A stretch of DNA of 58,378 nt, from contig JYFJ02002369.1 in assembly GCA_000934665.2 (NCBI GenBank), forward strand, positions 1 through 58,378, in the 5' to 3' direction. Positions within the stretch are counted from its first letter, which is position 1, and each line of letters begins with the position of its first letter. Position numbers and translations under genes: made by a program. This document shows, in pieces, positions 1 to 12,456 of the stretch. The notes beneath the pieces are model-generated. The model did not search any database, was not told the DNA's origin, and saw only the letters and a program-made list of their open reading frames with translations. This DNA comes from Catajapyx aquilonaris. Its lineage: Eukaryota.

Positions 1-192
1 ATGCATGGCATCGGAATAAGCGGGCTGAGGGGGATATACCTTCGTCCCAGCATCAATCGCTACCTGTAAACAGTGGCAACGACAGAAAGAACGCTAAGCA
101 CTCTCCACATGACGATGTCCGAACACGACCAGTTGCCAGGTAACGCCAAAGTCGTTGTTTACACTTGTTATATGCTATTGTGTCCAGCACTG
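1..192 (+). mobile_element. Internally deleted copy (right end) of the long-TIR Tc1-like MITE at 52467-53138
   Basis: 1-37 matches 52639-52675; ~40-192 matches the right TIR ~52986-53138. Confidence 0.85.
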
Positions 193-379
193 GACAAGCC
201 AGAGCACTATGACTGGAGCCATGTGTCATCCATCGCCACAAACCGTTTGAAAAAAACCATCGCCCTCAATGCTATCGAGTTCCAAGTGAAGGCCAAATGG
301 TGGCTCTTTTGCACCTCAAAGAGATGGCACCTGAGGAACCAGTGAGGATGCCAACTTCCTGAGACCTTTCAGTCTTTCA

Positions 380-1405
380 GGGCCGGTTGCACGAACCGTT
401 CCTAGCCCGCTCCTAGGAGCGCTCCTACGTAGGGGCTCCCTACGGGTAAGAGCGCTCCTAGGTGGCCGAGCGTTGCACCAACCCAAACTAGGAGGCATCC
501 TACGTACGGGCCTGCCTTCCCTTGTTATCGGGCAGTCGCGCCGGGCTTCGACACCGGTCTCTATGAACTGGTTATTTATTAATAAAATAACTGTTCTTAC
601 ATGCATTAAAATAATATTACACAGCTGGAGAATATGTTTTATACGCTTAAAAACATAAATTAGCTTATTTAGCGATGCACGTGGTCGTGCATGATGCAAT
701 CAAGGCAGGCAGGTTTTGGGCCAAGGCGGGCCAAGGCAAGGAGCCCGAACAAGGCAAAAGATGCAGGAAATTTTACTGAGGCTGAGAAAAGTTTAATGTT
801 TGGTAGCGCTGTTTAATTTTATCACCCACATTTCTGGCTTGCCATCGAAACATGTCGCGAAGTAATTCGGATGAAAAACGGCCGAGATAGCAGAGGTGTG
901 CAATATACTTAATTATGATTGCCCAAATGGTAATTTCTAAATTTTAAATATATGGTTAGATACACAAAGATTTGCACTATCCAGGGTTCACAGGAAAACT
1001 TTTTTGGCCTCCGGTAAGTGTCGAATAAAAATACTTTTTTGGCGTAACGCCCGGCAACGTATCAAAACATGACACCTTTCCGCCTTCTTTTTGGGGAAAA
1101 AAATTACACAAAGAACATAGGAAATCAACTTGCACATATCCTACGAGGATTTAAACAAGCTTTCTAATGATATATAACATGATTTTTTTAAATCATCTGC
1201 CTAGGAGTTGTTTCGAATCAAACACAAGACTCAACGGATTAGGGAGGAAAGACCTTGAACTGCTGGGAGCGCTCCCAGCCGGTAAGAGTGGGTCCGGGCC
1301 TTCCTAGCAGCTAGGAGCGCTCCCACCACCTAGGAGGGGTTGGTGCAAGGAAATCCCTTCCTAGGAGCGCCCCCACATCCTAGGAACGGTTCGTGCAACC
1401 GGCCC
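380..1405. mobile_element. PIF/Harbinger-like non-autonomous element
   Basis: 26-bp TIR GGGCCGGTTGCACGAACCGTTCCTAG, 3-bp TSD TCA (377-379, 1406-1408), subterminal CTAGGAGCGCTCC repeats. Confidence 0.85.
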
Positions 1406-1603
1406 TCAGAGTCCTAGGCATAGTGCTCTGACTTGTCCCACACTTGAAAGCAAGCTCCAGTGTTGTCCATCTCCGGGTGTTCCGCATGCAGCGTCCAACA
1501 GCTCCAAGCGCGTCAGGCTCCGGCTGTCCTAGGGCGATGGTGCGGTGAAGGGTCACGATCCCCTTTTGTTTCCAGACCCCTCTTGTGATATGGACGGCAT
1601 CTA

Positions 1604-2548
1604 CAGGGTGATTGGAAAGTAACTCCCTTTTAGAAACATGTCATAATTATCCAAATATTGCTGGATTTTCATGAAACAAGTTTTATTTTGTTACTTGCAA
1701 TGGGAGAATTAAAATGGCTACCCACCAGATGGGAGGATCAGTCAATGCAAGCAGTCAAAATGGCACATCGCCTTAGAGTGCATGGGAGTTGCTCTCGCCA
1801 CTTCCTGGCCCCTTCCTCCTTCGAAATACGATGAATGGAGAGCTGTATCTTACCATGCTGCAAGGTCAGGTATGGCCTATCATCACACAATGGGATCACT
1901 TCAACCATATCTTCATGCAAGATGATGCACCCCCATATTTTGTATTGACTGTCCATGCGCAGCTGGCTAAACAATTGCCGCAGGTTGTAGGGTGGTCCAG
2001 AATAATGGCCAGCACAAAGTCCTGACCTTAAGCACTAAGACTTTTTCTGGTGAGATTGGGCAAAGGAGGATGTGTACCACACGAAACGGCAAAATCTGGA
2101 TCAACTGGAGAGAGCATTCCAGATGTGCTGGGCAAAGTACCGCAGGACGACGTGTATATAAGTCTGTTGCGTGCATACAGAATCGCCTACTGAAATTGAC
2201 GGAAAACTCTGGTTCCTATGTGTAATATTAAGTTTTGCAGACAAATTCTACCATTCTAATTTACACAACAAAACTTATTTCATGACAGTTGAGCAATATT
2301 TGGCCAAGTTATTACATGTTTCTAATAGGGAGTGACTTTCGGCCCAAATGCATGTAAGTCTGTCGCAGGCATTCCAAATCTCCAACAGAAATTGACAGGA
2401 AATTCTGGTTCCTATGTGTGAAATTTTAAGTTTGCAGACAAGTTCTCCCATTTCAAGTTACAAAATAAAACTTGTTTCGTGACAATTGAGCAATATTTGA
2501 CAAAGTTATTACACGTTTCTAATAGGGAGTTACTTTCCGACTACCCTG
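1604..2548 (+). mobile_element. Decayed Tc1/mariner element with duplicated right end
   Basis: TA-flanked TIRs CAGGGTG.TTGGAAAGTAACTCCC; FMQDDAPPYF remnant; ~2155-2345 repeated at ~2352-2548. Confidence 0.8.
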
Positions 2549-2639
2549 TATATTCCATACATATAAATTGTAATGGCCTGAGCTTCAAAACTCAGCAGTC
2601 ATCTCTGTATGTGTTACCGTTTTTGAATTTAAAAAATAC

Positions 2640-3400
2640 GAGCAATGACTTATGAAACAACACTCGTATTAAAATCCCATTCATGTTGTATGGTTATGCC
2701 TTCTGATTGCTCAGCCGCATATTGTTGCCGCCACCGCTTCCTATTGGCTGTGTTCAACGCATGCACAATGGGTGTTGGCAGCGCCTCTGGTGGGTGGGAA
2801 GAGAAACTGTCCATTCGATCCCTGCTCGCTGTTGAGTTCACTTTGCTCTCTCCCCACCCCAACACCCAGTCCCCCCTCTCCGCCCATTCCATCTAACCTC
2901 TCCGCCCTCCTTCCTGTGCCACCCACCCATCCCTTGCTCACATTCCCTGTTCTAAACATCAACAACACAACAATCAAACATCTTGCTCTCCAACCATTCC
3001 ATTCCAGGCCACAGAACAATACAAAATTGAACAGGTTCAGGTCTCTGTCTGGTTTGGGGTGGCGGATGGTTGTTGGATCCATGGGCGTCATCACTATCTA
3101 AGTCCAAAGCTATTAACAATGCGGCCTCCACCAGCACAGACCGCAGGCCTAGAAAGAAGCAAGGGTTTTTCTAGTATGGATTTAAATTTCCTGTTATTCA
3201 TCGCTTGCTGTCAATTGCTCATTGATCCCATACTCCCAGCCTGAAGGCTGCTGCCACACCATCATCATCAGCACAATGTGCCTTTTGACATTGTATGCGG
3301 GATAAGTGTCTCTGGGGACCAGGGAAACTGAATATGCAGGAATGCATTATAAGCTGGAAGTGTTATAAGCAGGAAAATGTACCATTGGCCCTTATTATGA
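2640..3400 (+). pseudogene. Possible highly decayed piggyBac-like transposase 3' fragment
   Basis: Collinear weak motifs across frames: FNACTMGVG (cf. YN..MGGVD), AINNA, MDLNFLLFIA, CYKQENVPL. Confidence 0.25.
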
Positions 3401-3531
3401 TAATCAAGGGACCGGAAAAAAAGGGATTACAATCAGGAAAGTGTTATACAGGGTGTTCCAAGTTTGTGGGTAATTTTTGATAACTGATATAGCCCAATAG
3501 TAGTGATTTTTTGTAGTGTTGTGCCCCTAAC

Positions 3532-4116
3532 CAGTGCCGGATTTACCATTAGGCAGAGTACTGACGCCCCAAGCAAAAACCCTGTATGTGTGGGTTTTTG
3601 TCATTTCAAGATAATCGCATTTGAAGTTCGCATGCCTGCCTTACATATACATTACATACATGGTTTTACTCTGTTCCTAACTTTGCAACGGAGGCTCATA
3701 GAGAAACGAGTCTACCATTACGTGTGTCGCATAAAGGGGAGTGCAGTGGTATGCTTATCTGAACATACGTGGTTTTTGCACGTGCAGGGTTTTTGCTTGG
3801 GGCATCAGAGTAGGCAATTGTCTAAGCTCTAGAGGCAGCCGCGAGTTGAAATAAATATTCTTCAATTAGGCTGCAATAATAATAGGAAATAAAGGCGAAA
3901 TCATTTAAAAAATTCACATTTTTGAGCTCCCCACAATTTACCACTAGGCAGAAAACCTTAAGGACTGCCGCCCTTCAGGGGCGGCCATAAGTTGCAACAT
4001 AAAATTTTTAAATGAAAATAAAATGAAATTAAGGAGAGAACTCAAGAGAAGCTGTCAAGAGAGAGAGAGGCAGATCTCAACTGCCTAGGGCGGCAGAGGG
4101 GGTAAATCCGGCACTA
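3532..4116. mobile_element. hAT-like MITE
   Basis: TIR (C/T)AGTGCCGGATTTACC; perfect 8-bp TSD CCCCTAAC (3524-3531, 4117-4124). Confidence 0.88.
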
Positions 4117-4140
4117 CCCCTAACCATGTGCCCCAATCTA

Positions 4141-5036
4141 CAGGGTGGCTCATATTTATGTATTATATATGATGTTTCACAGGCTGTAACATTTGAACTA
4201 CTGTGTGTAAAGTATCCAAAAGTGGCATCACTGTATGACCTGAGATTGGGAGTAACTATGAGCTGCATCGGGAAATCCTATCATTGTTGTGATAAGGAAT
4301 GGTGGTGAATCAATTGTTCGAGCAGCGTGTACATATGCGTTTATACTCCACAACAAACAATTTTGTGGATGTGAAACAAAGGATGGCAGCTGCGTTTGGA
4401 AGTGTGCTAATATCACAAGGGTAAACACAAAATTTGACACCAAGAGACACTGTCTTTCAAGTGAAAGGAGCAGGTAGGCTGAGGATTGTGTGTAGTGATG
4501 ACGACAAAGCTCATGCGGCGAATGCCTGAGAAGCAGAAATCACAGCGGTACGTGTCCAAACAGCTGAACATTTCTCACAGAACACTGCAGAAAATAAAGA
4601 AAGGCCTGAACTTAAAGCTGTATCCCCTTCGTTTGCTTAATGCTCTCAATGGATGGGCGTGTGCAGTTCGCAGACATGTGGTTGGGAATGCTACAGGAAA
4701 ATCCAGGTTTGCATTCATTTGGGCAGATGAGGTCAAATTTCATGTTTCCGGTACATTGCACCAACAAAGTCAATGCCTCCAAACTCAGCTGCCATCCTTC
4801 ATTTCACCTCTGCATAATATTGTTTGTTGTGGATTATAAACATAAAAGTATACACACTGCTACAGTGACAATCGATTCGCTGCCATTCCCTATCACAACA
4901 ATGGGGGGATTGCACAATGCAGCACATCACTACTCCCAATCTTAGGTCACACAATGCTGATACCACATACTTCTCACGCAGTAGTTTAAATGATACACCC
5001 TGTGAAGCATCATATACATAAATATGCTCCACCCTG
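4141..5036 (+). mobile_element. Long-TIR Tc1/mariner deletion derivative
   Basis: TA TSD, ~260-bp imperfect TIRs, remnants KSQRYVSKQLNISHRTLQKI and FIWADEVKFHVSG. Confidence 0.82.
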
Positions 5037-6156
5037 TATATCAACTGCTATATTTGACTCCCAGGCAGTCGAGCGCAACAAGCTACAAAAAATAGCTACT
5101 ATCAGGCTATATCAGCCATTTAAAAAATTACCCAAGAATTTGGACCACCCTGTATATGCGGGAGCATTATATTGAGGTTTTACTGTATAGTATTGTATTC
5201 TGAACCCTATGCCCACCTGGGTTTTCTTGGCGTTTTTGCATATTTATAAATTCCACTGTCCTGCCAACATGAAACTTATCCGAGACCCCTAATTCTATGC
5301 CAGATACCATTGGCATGAAGTGGAGGGCCCTTATGGGGCATATTAGGCTCACTGTCAGTATAGGCCTAATATTCATATTACTGCAGTAGCTTCATTTGGT
5401 ATTTGGCACCATCAAGTTCACATAATAGATGTGCTTGATTTTATTTTTTCAGAGTGAACAGCTAGTGAAATAATCCCAAATAATTCTCGGTGACTAGTTG
5501 TAATAAATTATGAAAACGTTGATTGCCTAATTAAAATTTTTAACAAATAAAGGACTTAAGTAAAATAAGCGGTAGTCATTCATGGATGATGGCATCTTGG
5601 CACTCATGCACAGTGGAGTCTGCCTGAACAATCAGGAGCAAGCCTCTTCCCACTACCACCAGTGGCAACATAAACAAGTTTTCATATGATTGCCTGTGAT
5701 TGTGAATTTTTATCCCCCATGAAAAGTCATGGAATTTGGGGACGATTTTAACAGGGTTCGTCCACATTGGCCAACTCAGATGTAAAAAAATGCAGGGGAG
5801 AACATACTATGGCCTTTTGAATTCCTGAAGTTAGTTGTTCATATCATACTACTCCGATAACATATGTCATTCCAAATAAAAAGTTATCATGCTATAAGGC
5901 ATAGACATTCATGAACACTGAAAACACTGAACCTATCTGCATTTTCCAAGGATCTGGTGATAATATTTCCATAGAATTAATAGAAATTATCCAAAAATGG
6001 ATCCCCCTTGCAGGTACAAGGTTAAGTATTGAAATGACCTAATCAAGAAATGCATCCTTCTCAAACGCTCTGTATCACAATTTTTAACCCCCTATTTGTA
6101 ATCTTGCAGCATGAAACAAACATCATTTAAGTAACAGAAATTCTTTTTTTCAACAG

Positions 6157-6378
6157 GCGAGAGGGAAAAGTGGCCCATTATTCAACTTTGATGTCCATGA
6201 TGATATTCGTCTTGTAAGTGATGCAACAATCGAGAAAGATGAGTCCCATGCAGGCAAGGTTCTTCTTAGATCATGGTACGAACGTAACAAGCATATTTTC
6301 CCAGCCAGTCGATGGGAGCCATATGATCCGACCAAGAACTATGAAAAGTACACTATCTCAGATCGCAGCAAGAAATAA
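6157..6378 (+). CDS. FAM50A: FAM50/XAP5 family protein, final coding exon (upstream exons not found in window)
   Basis: Acceptor ttttcaacAG at 6155-6156. Translates [73 protein letters not shown], the conserved XAP5 C-terminus. Absent from the ORF track because it has no start codon. Confidence 0.95.
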   Translation, partial: ARGKSGPLFNFDVHDDIRLVSDATIEKDESHAGKVLLRSWYERNKHIFPASRWEPYDPTKNYEKYTISDRSKK

Positions 6379-6443
6379 AATGGAAAACTTTTTTGTACAG
6401 CTTTTAATAAATTGTGGAGACATGTCTCATTTTAGCCATTGTG

Positions 6444-6629
6444 TTACTGATCCATAGCACTTTTAGCCACCTTTTCCATAAAGGTTGCCATGCGAACATC
6501 ACGCTCACTGACCCCACCAACATCATGACTGGACATTGTCACCTGGACTTTGTTGTAAACATTGAACCATTCTGGGTGGTGGTCCATCTTTTCTGCCAGG
6601 AGTGCCACACGACTCATGAAGCCCCAGGC
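6444..6629 (-). CDS. PCBD: Pterin-4-alpha-carbinolamine dehydratase (PCD/DCoH), exon 3 of 3
   Basis: Acceptor tttttaaAG. Translates [61 protein letters not shown], containing the HHPEW catalytic motif. Confidence 0.95.
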   Translation of the reverse strand, partial: AWGFMSRVALLAEKMDHHPEWFNVYNKVQVTMSSHDVGGVSERDVRMATFMEKVAKSAMDQ

Positions 6630-6694
6630 CTTTAAAAAGAAATTTTAAATCAGGTGTTAATAAATTGAGCATATAGTCTAAATATTAGCTTGTA

Positions 6695-6835
6695 TCAACA
6701 GTGCAAAAAGAACTGTCCCAGTCATCCTGACGTGTGGGCTGGCCGCTCGACACACACCATGTAAGTTATATGGTGTGTGTCGAGCGGGCAGCACACACAT
6801 CAGGATGACTGGGACAATTCTTTTTGAACTGATGA
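6695..6835. mobile_element. Palindromic (fold-back) MITE, copy A
   Basis: Almost fully self-complementary, TA flanked, terminus TCAACAGTGCAAAAAGAA. Confidence 0.8.
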
Positions 6836-6899
6836 TACAGTGCATGTTAATTGGCTATAGGCTACAGTGAAACCTGTTGATAACAGACTGGGAGTTGTT

Positions 6900-7151
6900 T
6901 TTTGTTTTAATACCCCATGATAGGGCCAGGGGCCCTTTTAGGGGGGGAAGGGGAGGTTCCCAAGGGAGGGCACTCTTAAATAGTTTCTAGTCATTTCTGA
7001 CCCTCTTAAATACCAGACCTTTTCTCTTGGCCTTGGGTAGAGAAGGCAGTGCAATTCTGCCCGGACATGTCGGGTGAAAAGCGCAAAAAGACCCGGCCAA
7101 GCAGAGGTGACGGGATGGGATTTGAAAGCCACTAGACCACCATGCCTCCCC
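6900..7151 (-). mobile_element. tRNA-derived SINE, family C (head partly deleted)
   Basis: Homologous to 17295-17586. Confidence 0.75.
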
Positions 7152-7248
7152 ACAACAGAACCTGTGTACAGAGAAAACTAGCCCCTTGCAAAATTTTTGT
7201 TGGCCCCAGTACAGTACATACAGTAATTTGCAATGTGTTTCAGTTGTA

Positions 7249-7390
7249 CCAACAGTTCAAAAAGAATTGTCCTGTCGCGTCGAGCGGGCAGCCACGCGCC
7301 AGGATGAAAGGAACCAGTTAACGCATTCCTTTCATCCTGACGCGTGGCTGCCCGCTCGACGCGACGGGACAATTCTTTTTGAACGGTTGA
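7249..7390. mobile_element. Palindromic (fold-back) MITE, copy B
   Basis: Same termini and size as 6695-6835; TA flanked. Confidence 0.8.
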
Positions 7391-7759
7391 TACATAACAG
7401 ACACCTGTTTAGGATGGTAAACTTTCGTAAAATGGAACGACTTGACTGTAGACAGGTTTCACAGTATTGCTCGTATGTAGTTCTACATCAGTCCCTCTAC
7501 AGCTTGAGTTTGAAGATACTCCATTGAGCACAGGAGAAGGGCCATATTTGGCAATATTTTGGTCTAAATGTAAAATCCTTGCAACCAAAACCAATTGGTT
7601 GACCCCATAATAGGCATGCCACCGTAATTGTGCAGTCAATGCCAATTACAGTTAGAGTAACAAACTGCCTTAATTTTACCCATTTTTGAGTTGGATGAGT
7701 TGGTGTTTGGGTCAAGTCTTCTGCACTAAAATGGGGGAGGTTTACTGTATGTCACATAC

Positions 7760-7891
7760 CTGATTGAAATTCTTGAACAAAAATTCCTTGTAGATGGCAT
7801 CACGTCCATCGACAATCGTCCATCCTGCACTTGTCAGAGGTGCCAGTTTTGTTGTTCTGTCCTCATTGCTCAGCTTTGTGTGTTTGGTTGC
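7760..7891 (-). CDS. PCBD: PCBD exon 2 of 3
   Basis: AG...GT bounded, 132 bp, phase 0/0: ATKHTKLSNEDRTTKLAPLTSAGWTIVDGRDAIYKEFLFKNFNQ. Joins in frame to exon 3 (NFNQ|AWGFM). Confidence 0.93.
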
Positions 7892-8154
7892 CTATTAATT
7901 GATTATAAGTGGACATTGTAGAAATAAGGTTAAATACAATATAGTTTAATAAAGACTTAAAGGAGTGATTTTATACTGCACATTCCATTATGTTAGAAAA
8001 TGCTCCATTTTCAGAGCTCACTGTTCAGGAAAAGTAATATTTCATAGAATATTCTGTAACTCTGCACCATGTGATAACCCTTAAAATGAGGCGAGGCAAT
8101 GCGAAACCAGTACTTCACGCACATTTAACCCCTTTCTTATTACTATTGTAGTGT

Positions 8155-8378
8155 GGGGAGACGGAGTGGCGCCGCGGTAACGCGCGTGCCCACGGAAGTT
8201 AAGGTCCCGGGTTCAATCCCCACCCGGGGTTCCCACCTTCTTTCGTGCAGAGTTGGGCCATCTCTGGCTTCGTTTCGGGTGGCAATTTCCGGCAGACTAA
8301 GCCACCCGGGGGAGTTCACAAAATGACGATTAGAGACATTGCATTTGCACTTTGCACATCCCCTCCCACCCACCCTTG
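8155..8378 (+). mobile_element. tRNA-derived SINE, family A
   Basis: A box TGGCGCCGCGGT and B box GGTTCAATCCC; related copies at ~10080-10313 and ~55165-55422. Confidence 0.8.
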
Positions 8379-9461
8379 GAGCATACTAATNAGTGGACAA
8401 ATTGTTTGGACAAAATTGTTAACCTTGTATCATTGCTATATAAAATGATATACAGATTTTCTAATGCTCCTAATGCCTTTTGTGGCCATTTCAAGTTTTA
8501 AAATGAGGGGTGGTGAAAAAAGGTGACAACGCTCATTTTTGTCATTTTTGAAATAAACACCTAGTAACTATATAAAAGGCATGACAAACAGTTTGGTATA
8601 CTCCAAGTTCACGTATCATGCACGAGACAGCAACACGGACTAGATCAAAACCAGCATTCCCTATGATTAGTGAAGAGAGTGCAAACTCAAATTTGCTCTC
8701 CTGAAAAATTACACCTTTGTGGGTGATCACCTTTTTCTCGACCACACCCCTCAAATATACAAGTTCAAATCCAGATTTTTCAGTTGTGCATCTAAGTAAA
8801 AACTGAGTTTCACTTTTTCACCTATTATTATTGGGAAGAGCCTTATTTATTGCAGCATGAGCTGAAATCAATCGTCCAAGAAGTACTGTATTATGCTATT
8901 TTTTTTTTTTTTTGGGGGGGGGGGGGTGCTCGGTACTGTGGTAATTTTTACTTGCAAAAATTTTATAGGACATTTTACCATGAAGGTTTTTAAAATGTTT
9001 TAATATGTCTACACTTCATTATTCTAATACTAATACCAGCTCTTGCTAATACTCGGAGGAGGGGGGTGGGGTCGCAAGTTACTTGACTATCATAAAAGGG
9101 GGTCGCGACCTGAAAAAGATTGGGAACCACTGCTCTATAGCCTAGACAGGCGTGAACCTTACCATACAGTAAGAATGTTTTACGTAGCTACAGTAGATAC
9201 TGAATGCACTTATTAAGTTGAATATGAATAGCCAGCACACCTATCAGGCAGGCCTAGTGACCACTGATTGAAGATTGCTGGTCTGTGATGTTAAATTCAT
9301 AATGTAACTTTCTAAGTTTACCCCTGGTTTACCTGACACCTTGTACCTGACACCTTGTACCTAACAACCACCAATAGCATAGCAAAGGTGTTGGATATTG
9401 TCAAGGAGCTATTACTTGTAACTTGCTTTGATTCAATATGACAAATTCCAAGGTGTACCCA

Positions 9462-9874
9462 CAGTGCTGTCGCGGGAAATTTTCGGCAGGGTATACGGGG
9501 GAACAGTGGTGCACCAGGAATTTATGGCGGGGAGAAAGCACGCCGCAGGCGAAATTTTTTTGAGGTTCAAGGTCACACGAGCTTAGGTGCATGTGGGAGG
9601 TTTGAATGAGTGTGTATTGGATGAAATTGGCAGCACTTTTTCCAAAAAAAAAAAAAACATGGATGAGTAATGAGTAATAACAAGGTAATAATGGTTGAGT
9701 CAAATAATTTCTTTCTGATTTTCATTTCAGAGGATAAACGAAATGAGCTTTATTCAGAGCCTTTCCGGCTATACGCGGGTATACGCAGCGTATACCCGCG
9801 TATAGCGTCACATTTCGTTTTTTTTTCGACTGGGTATACGCCGTATACCCGCATACCCCGCCGCGACAGCCCTG
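9462..9874. mobile_element. hAT-like MITE
   Basis: TIR CAG(T/G)GCTGTCGCGG; perfect 8-bp TSD TGTACCCA; internal GGGTATAC repeats. Confidence 0.88.
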
Positions 9875-10079
9875 TGTACCCATATGGATGTAACGTATTT
9901 CATCAAACCAACTTCTCACAGATACATGACAACTTGATCTAAGGGTCAGTTGCATCAAAGAATTAATAATAATAATTAATGATTGGGTAGGGTATAGTGC
10001 GTACCTCATATGAGGTTTTGCACGGACCTGTATTGCCACAAGGTAGTACAGTTTGTCATGTTTCGACGAAGCGCCCGGT

Positions 10080-10313
10080 CCGGGGGAAGGGTGACTGGGA
10101 GGGGATGTGCAATGTGCAGTGCAATGTCGGCACTATGGTCATTTTGTGAGCTCCCCCGGGTGGTTCGTCTATCGGAAATCCCACCCTAGACGAAGCCAGA
10201 GATGACCCCGAACTCCGCACGAGATGAAAGGGGGGAATGCCCAGGCTTGTTATCGAACCCAGGACCCTTCCATCCGTGGGCGCATATGTTACTGCAGCGC
10301 CACTTCGCCTTCC
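10080..10313 (-). mobile_element. tRNA-derived SINE, family A (diverged)
   Basis: Reverse-complement similarity to 8155-8378; B box GGTTCGATAAC. Confidence 0.75.
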
Positions 10314-11349
10314 CGTATCAAAGAGTTAGTAAATACAGTAGACTCCAGATAAAACATACTTAAAGGGACCATGGAAATCAGTCTGCTATAACTGATGTCT
10401 GTTATAGCCAAATGCACAGGCCATGTATGGAAGTATGGCCAGCCTTTCGAGTTTGTTTTAACCTGAGACTCTGTTACAGCCAAGGTGTTGTATCTGGAAT
10501 CAACACTGTATTTACTGCAGTGTGTTCACAATTAAAATATGGCAACATCTGAGCTTTTCTCCCATAATTTGTGTCGATACTCGATACAACTGACCCTTAC
10601 AATGCATGACAAAAGCTTCTCTTTTTCTTATGTGCATCATACTGGGCAAGTTTAAATGCACACGTCCTTTTATGTTGCAGGTTAACAAATTAGCACAGTA
10701 GATGTGGTATAGCCTTACCAATTTAGTTTTTGTTGCATTACCTTGACCTCTACCACATCATTACATAGGCAAACTAATCTATGAACCACATCCAACACTG
10801 TCACGTCACCGATAAGTCCTAGTAACATACTGTTTTAGATGTACAGCCATGAGCAAAAAGCAGATGATTTGAAAAAATGTTATAAGCTAGCATGGCTACA
10901 TGAATAGTTCTCTTTGGAAAAATCTAGAAGTTGGGGCACATTTACGACATAACAAAGCTTGGACCATCAAACATGCCATGTTTATATAGTGTATTGCCAT
11001 GGACCTAGTTACAGAGTAATAAATGTTGGCATGATAGGTACTCTGTAGTACACATTTTGCATTTTTGCTTGGTCCACTTACGATATTTGGTGCAAATGGT
11101 GCTTGTGAAATAGAAGTGATGGCTAAGGACTGAAAAAACAGGGATACAGAGTTGGGGCATGGGGGTCCAAGTGCTACATTTGCAATTTTTCAAGTTTCAA
11201 ATGGCCATGTAAAGCGCCATAAATTAGAAATAATTCTTAGGGCATTGGCAGACGACAATGAATTTTTTAAAGTCCCATGTTGTTCAGTAAAGCTGGTGCA
11301 ATCCTTCAAAATGGGGTATTAAAATGCGATAACTCATCAAGTTCATTAA

Positions 11350-11850
11350 CCCTGGAACCGTGCCGTGGGGTCTTTTTGGACCCCAAGGAAAAAAATGTAT
11401 TAAAATGATAATTACAATGAACTTTTGCCATTTTTTTACAGTATATAACAGGCCCCAGATAGGGCCTATATCATCACTCTAAGTCCCTTTCATCGTGGTC
11501 CGCCAGGGGGCGGACCACCCGTTCGCTTCCGAATCGAACCCAAGCCGTCATAGGGTCGAGACTCGACCATCGGGACGACACCCAGAGGAGCCGCCCGTCC
11601 CACGATCGAGTCCCGAACCTACATGGTCTGGAATATATAACCCCGTTAATATCTGACTAAGTATATAACAGGAAGTGCAGGTTTATTTTGAATTAGCGAT
11701 CCTTTTAGGCATTGTTCAAAGAATGATTGTATATAGTCAATAATTGAAAAGTATTATATAATAATTAATAAAAATTAATATATGGTGGGGTCCGAAAAGA
11801 CCCCACGGCACGGTTGCCATAATACTCGTAGGCACGGCAAGGTTCTAGGG
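11350..11850. mobile_element. piggyBac-like MITE with internal insertion
   Basis: TTAA TSD, CCCT(G/A)GAACC termini, subterminal inverted repeat; insert 11453-11659 flanked by 13-bp AGTATATAACAGG. Confidence 0.85.
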
Positions 11851-12456
11851 TTAAACATCAGTTTTCGTGATGAATTACTCAAAAAATTGGGCATTATCTA
11901 CCAATAAAATAAAAATAACTTCAAAAAATTGCAACAGCACTTGACCCAAATCTTAGCCCTGTATCCCTGTGGTTTGTGGTAGCCTACATGAAGACTGCCG
12001 CATTTATCCCTAATCATTATAATACAAAAATTAATTGTGTTGTACACTATCTGCCATGCTGCTTCAAGTCATATCTGAGTAAATAACTATTAGTAGAAAT
12101 ATATTCTTACAGCGTCAGCCATGAGAGCTCTGGAATGGGCAACCAGTTGCTTCAGTGTCACTCAATGGAGGTCAAATAAAAGGCCTTTTCTGCATCGATT
12201 GCATCCCCCCTTAGCTCCACCCCCAGCCTCCCCCAATCCCTCTTCCCAGCTTCCCGTTGCCATGACCACCAAGGACATGGAAAGAGCACTGACTTCTATA
12301 TTACTTCAACTTTCACTTATTACCAGCAATTGCAAGGCTACGAGGAGCCAGACGGTACCAGGACACGGTGCGGAGGTTTACGCAGAAACTACGCCTAATG
12401 TGCATAAATTATTTTAAAGTTAGGATCGTCGATGAAAGAAACTGTAAATGGCCTAC

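Larger units (their letters stand above)
3449..5152. mobile_element. Tc1/mariner-type MITE hosting two insertions
   Basis: TA-flanked imperfect TIRs of ~70 bp beginning CAGGGTG.TCCAA. Confidence 0.75.

Noticed and set aside
1410..1470. Gag CCHC knuckle on the minus strand
   Set aside because: It needs several frameshifts within 50 bp and is not supportable.
2650..2892. Minus-strand 80-aa ORF as a nested gene
   Set aside because: It has no recognisable motif or consistent splice partners.
1..6156. Upstream FAM50 exons
   Set aside because: I found no segment encoding the expected preceding motif (...FYDFI.TK), so they probably lie outside the window.
8155..8230. tRNA genes at SINE heads (also ~16975-17049 and ~54285-54358)
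   Set aside because: They continue into shared SINE bodies and tails, two with clear TSDs, and show no convincing cloverleaf.
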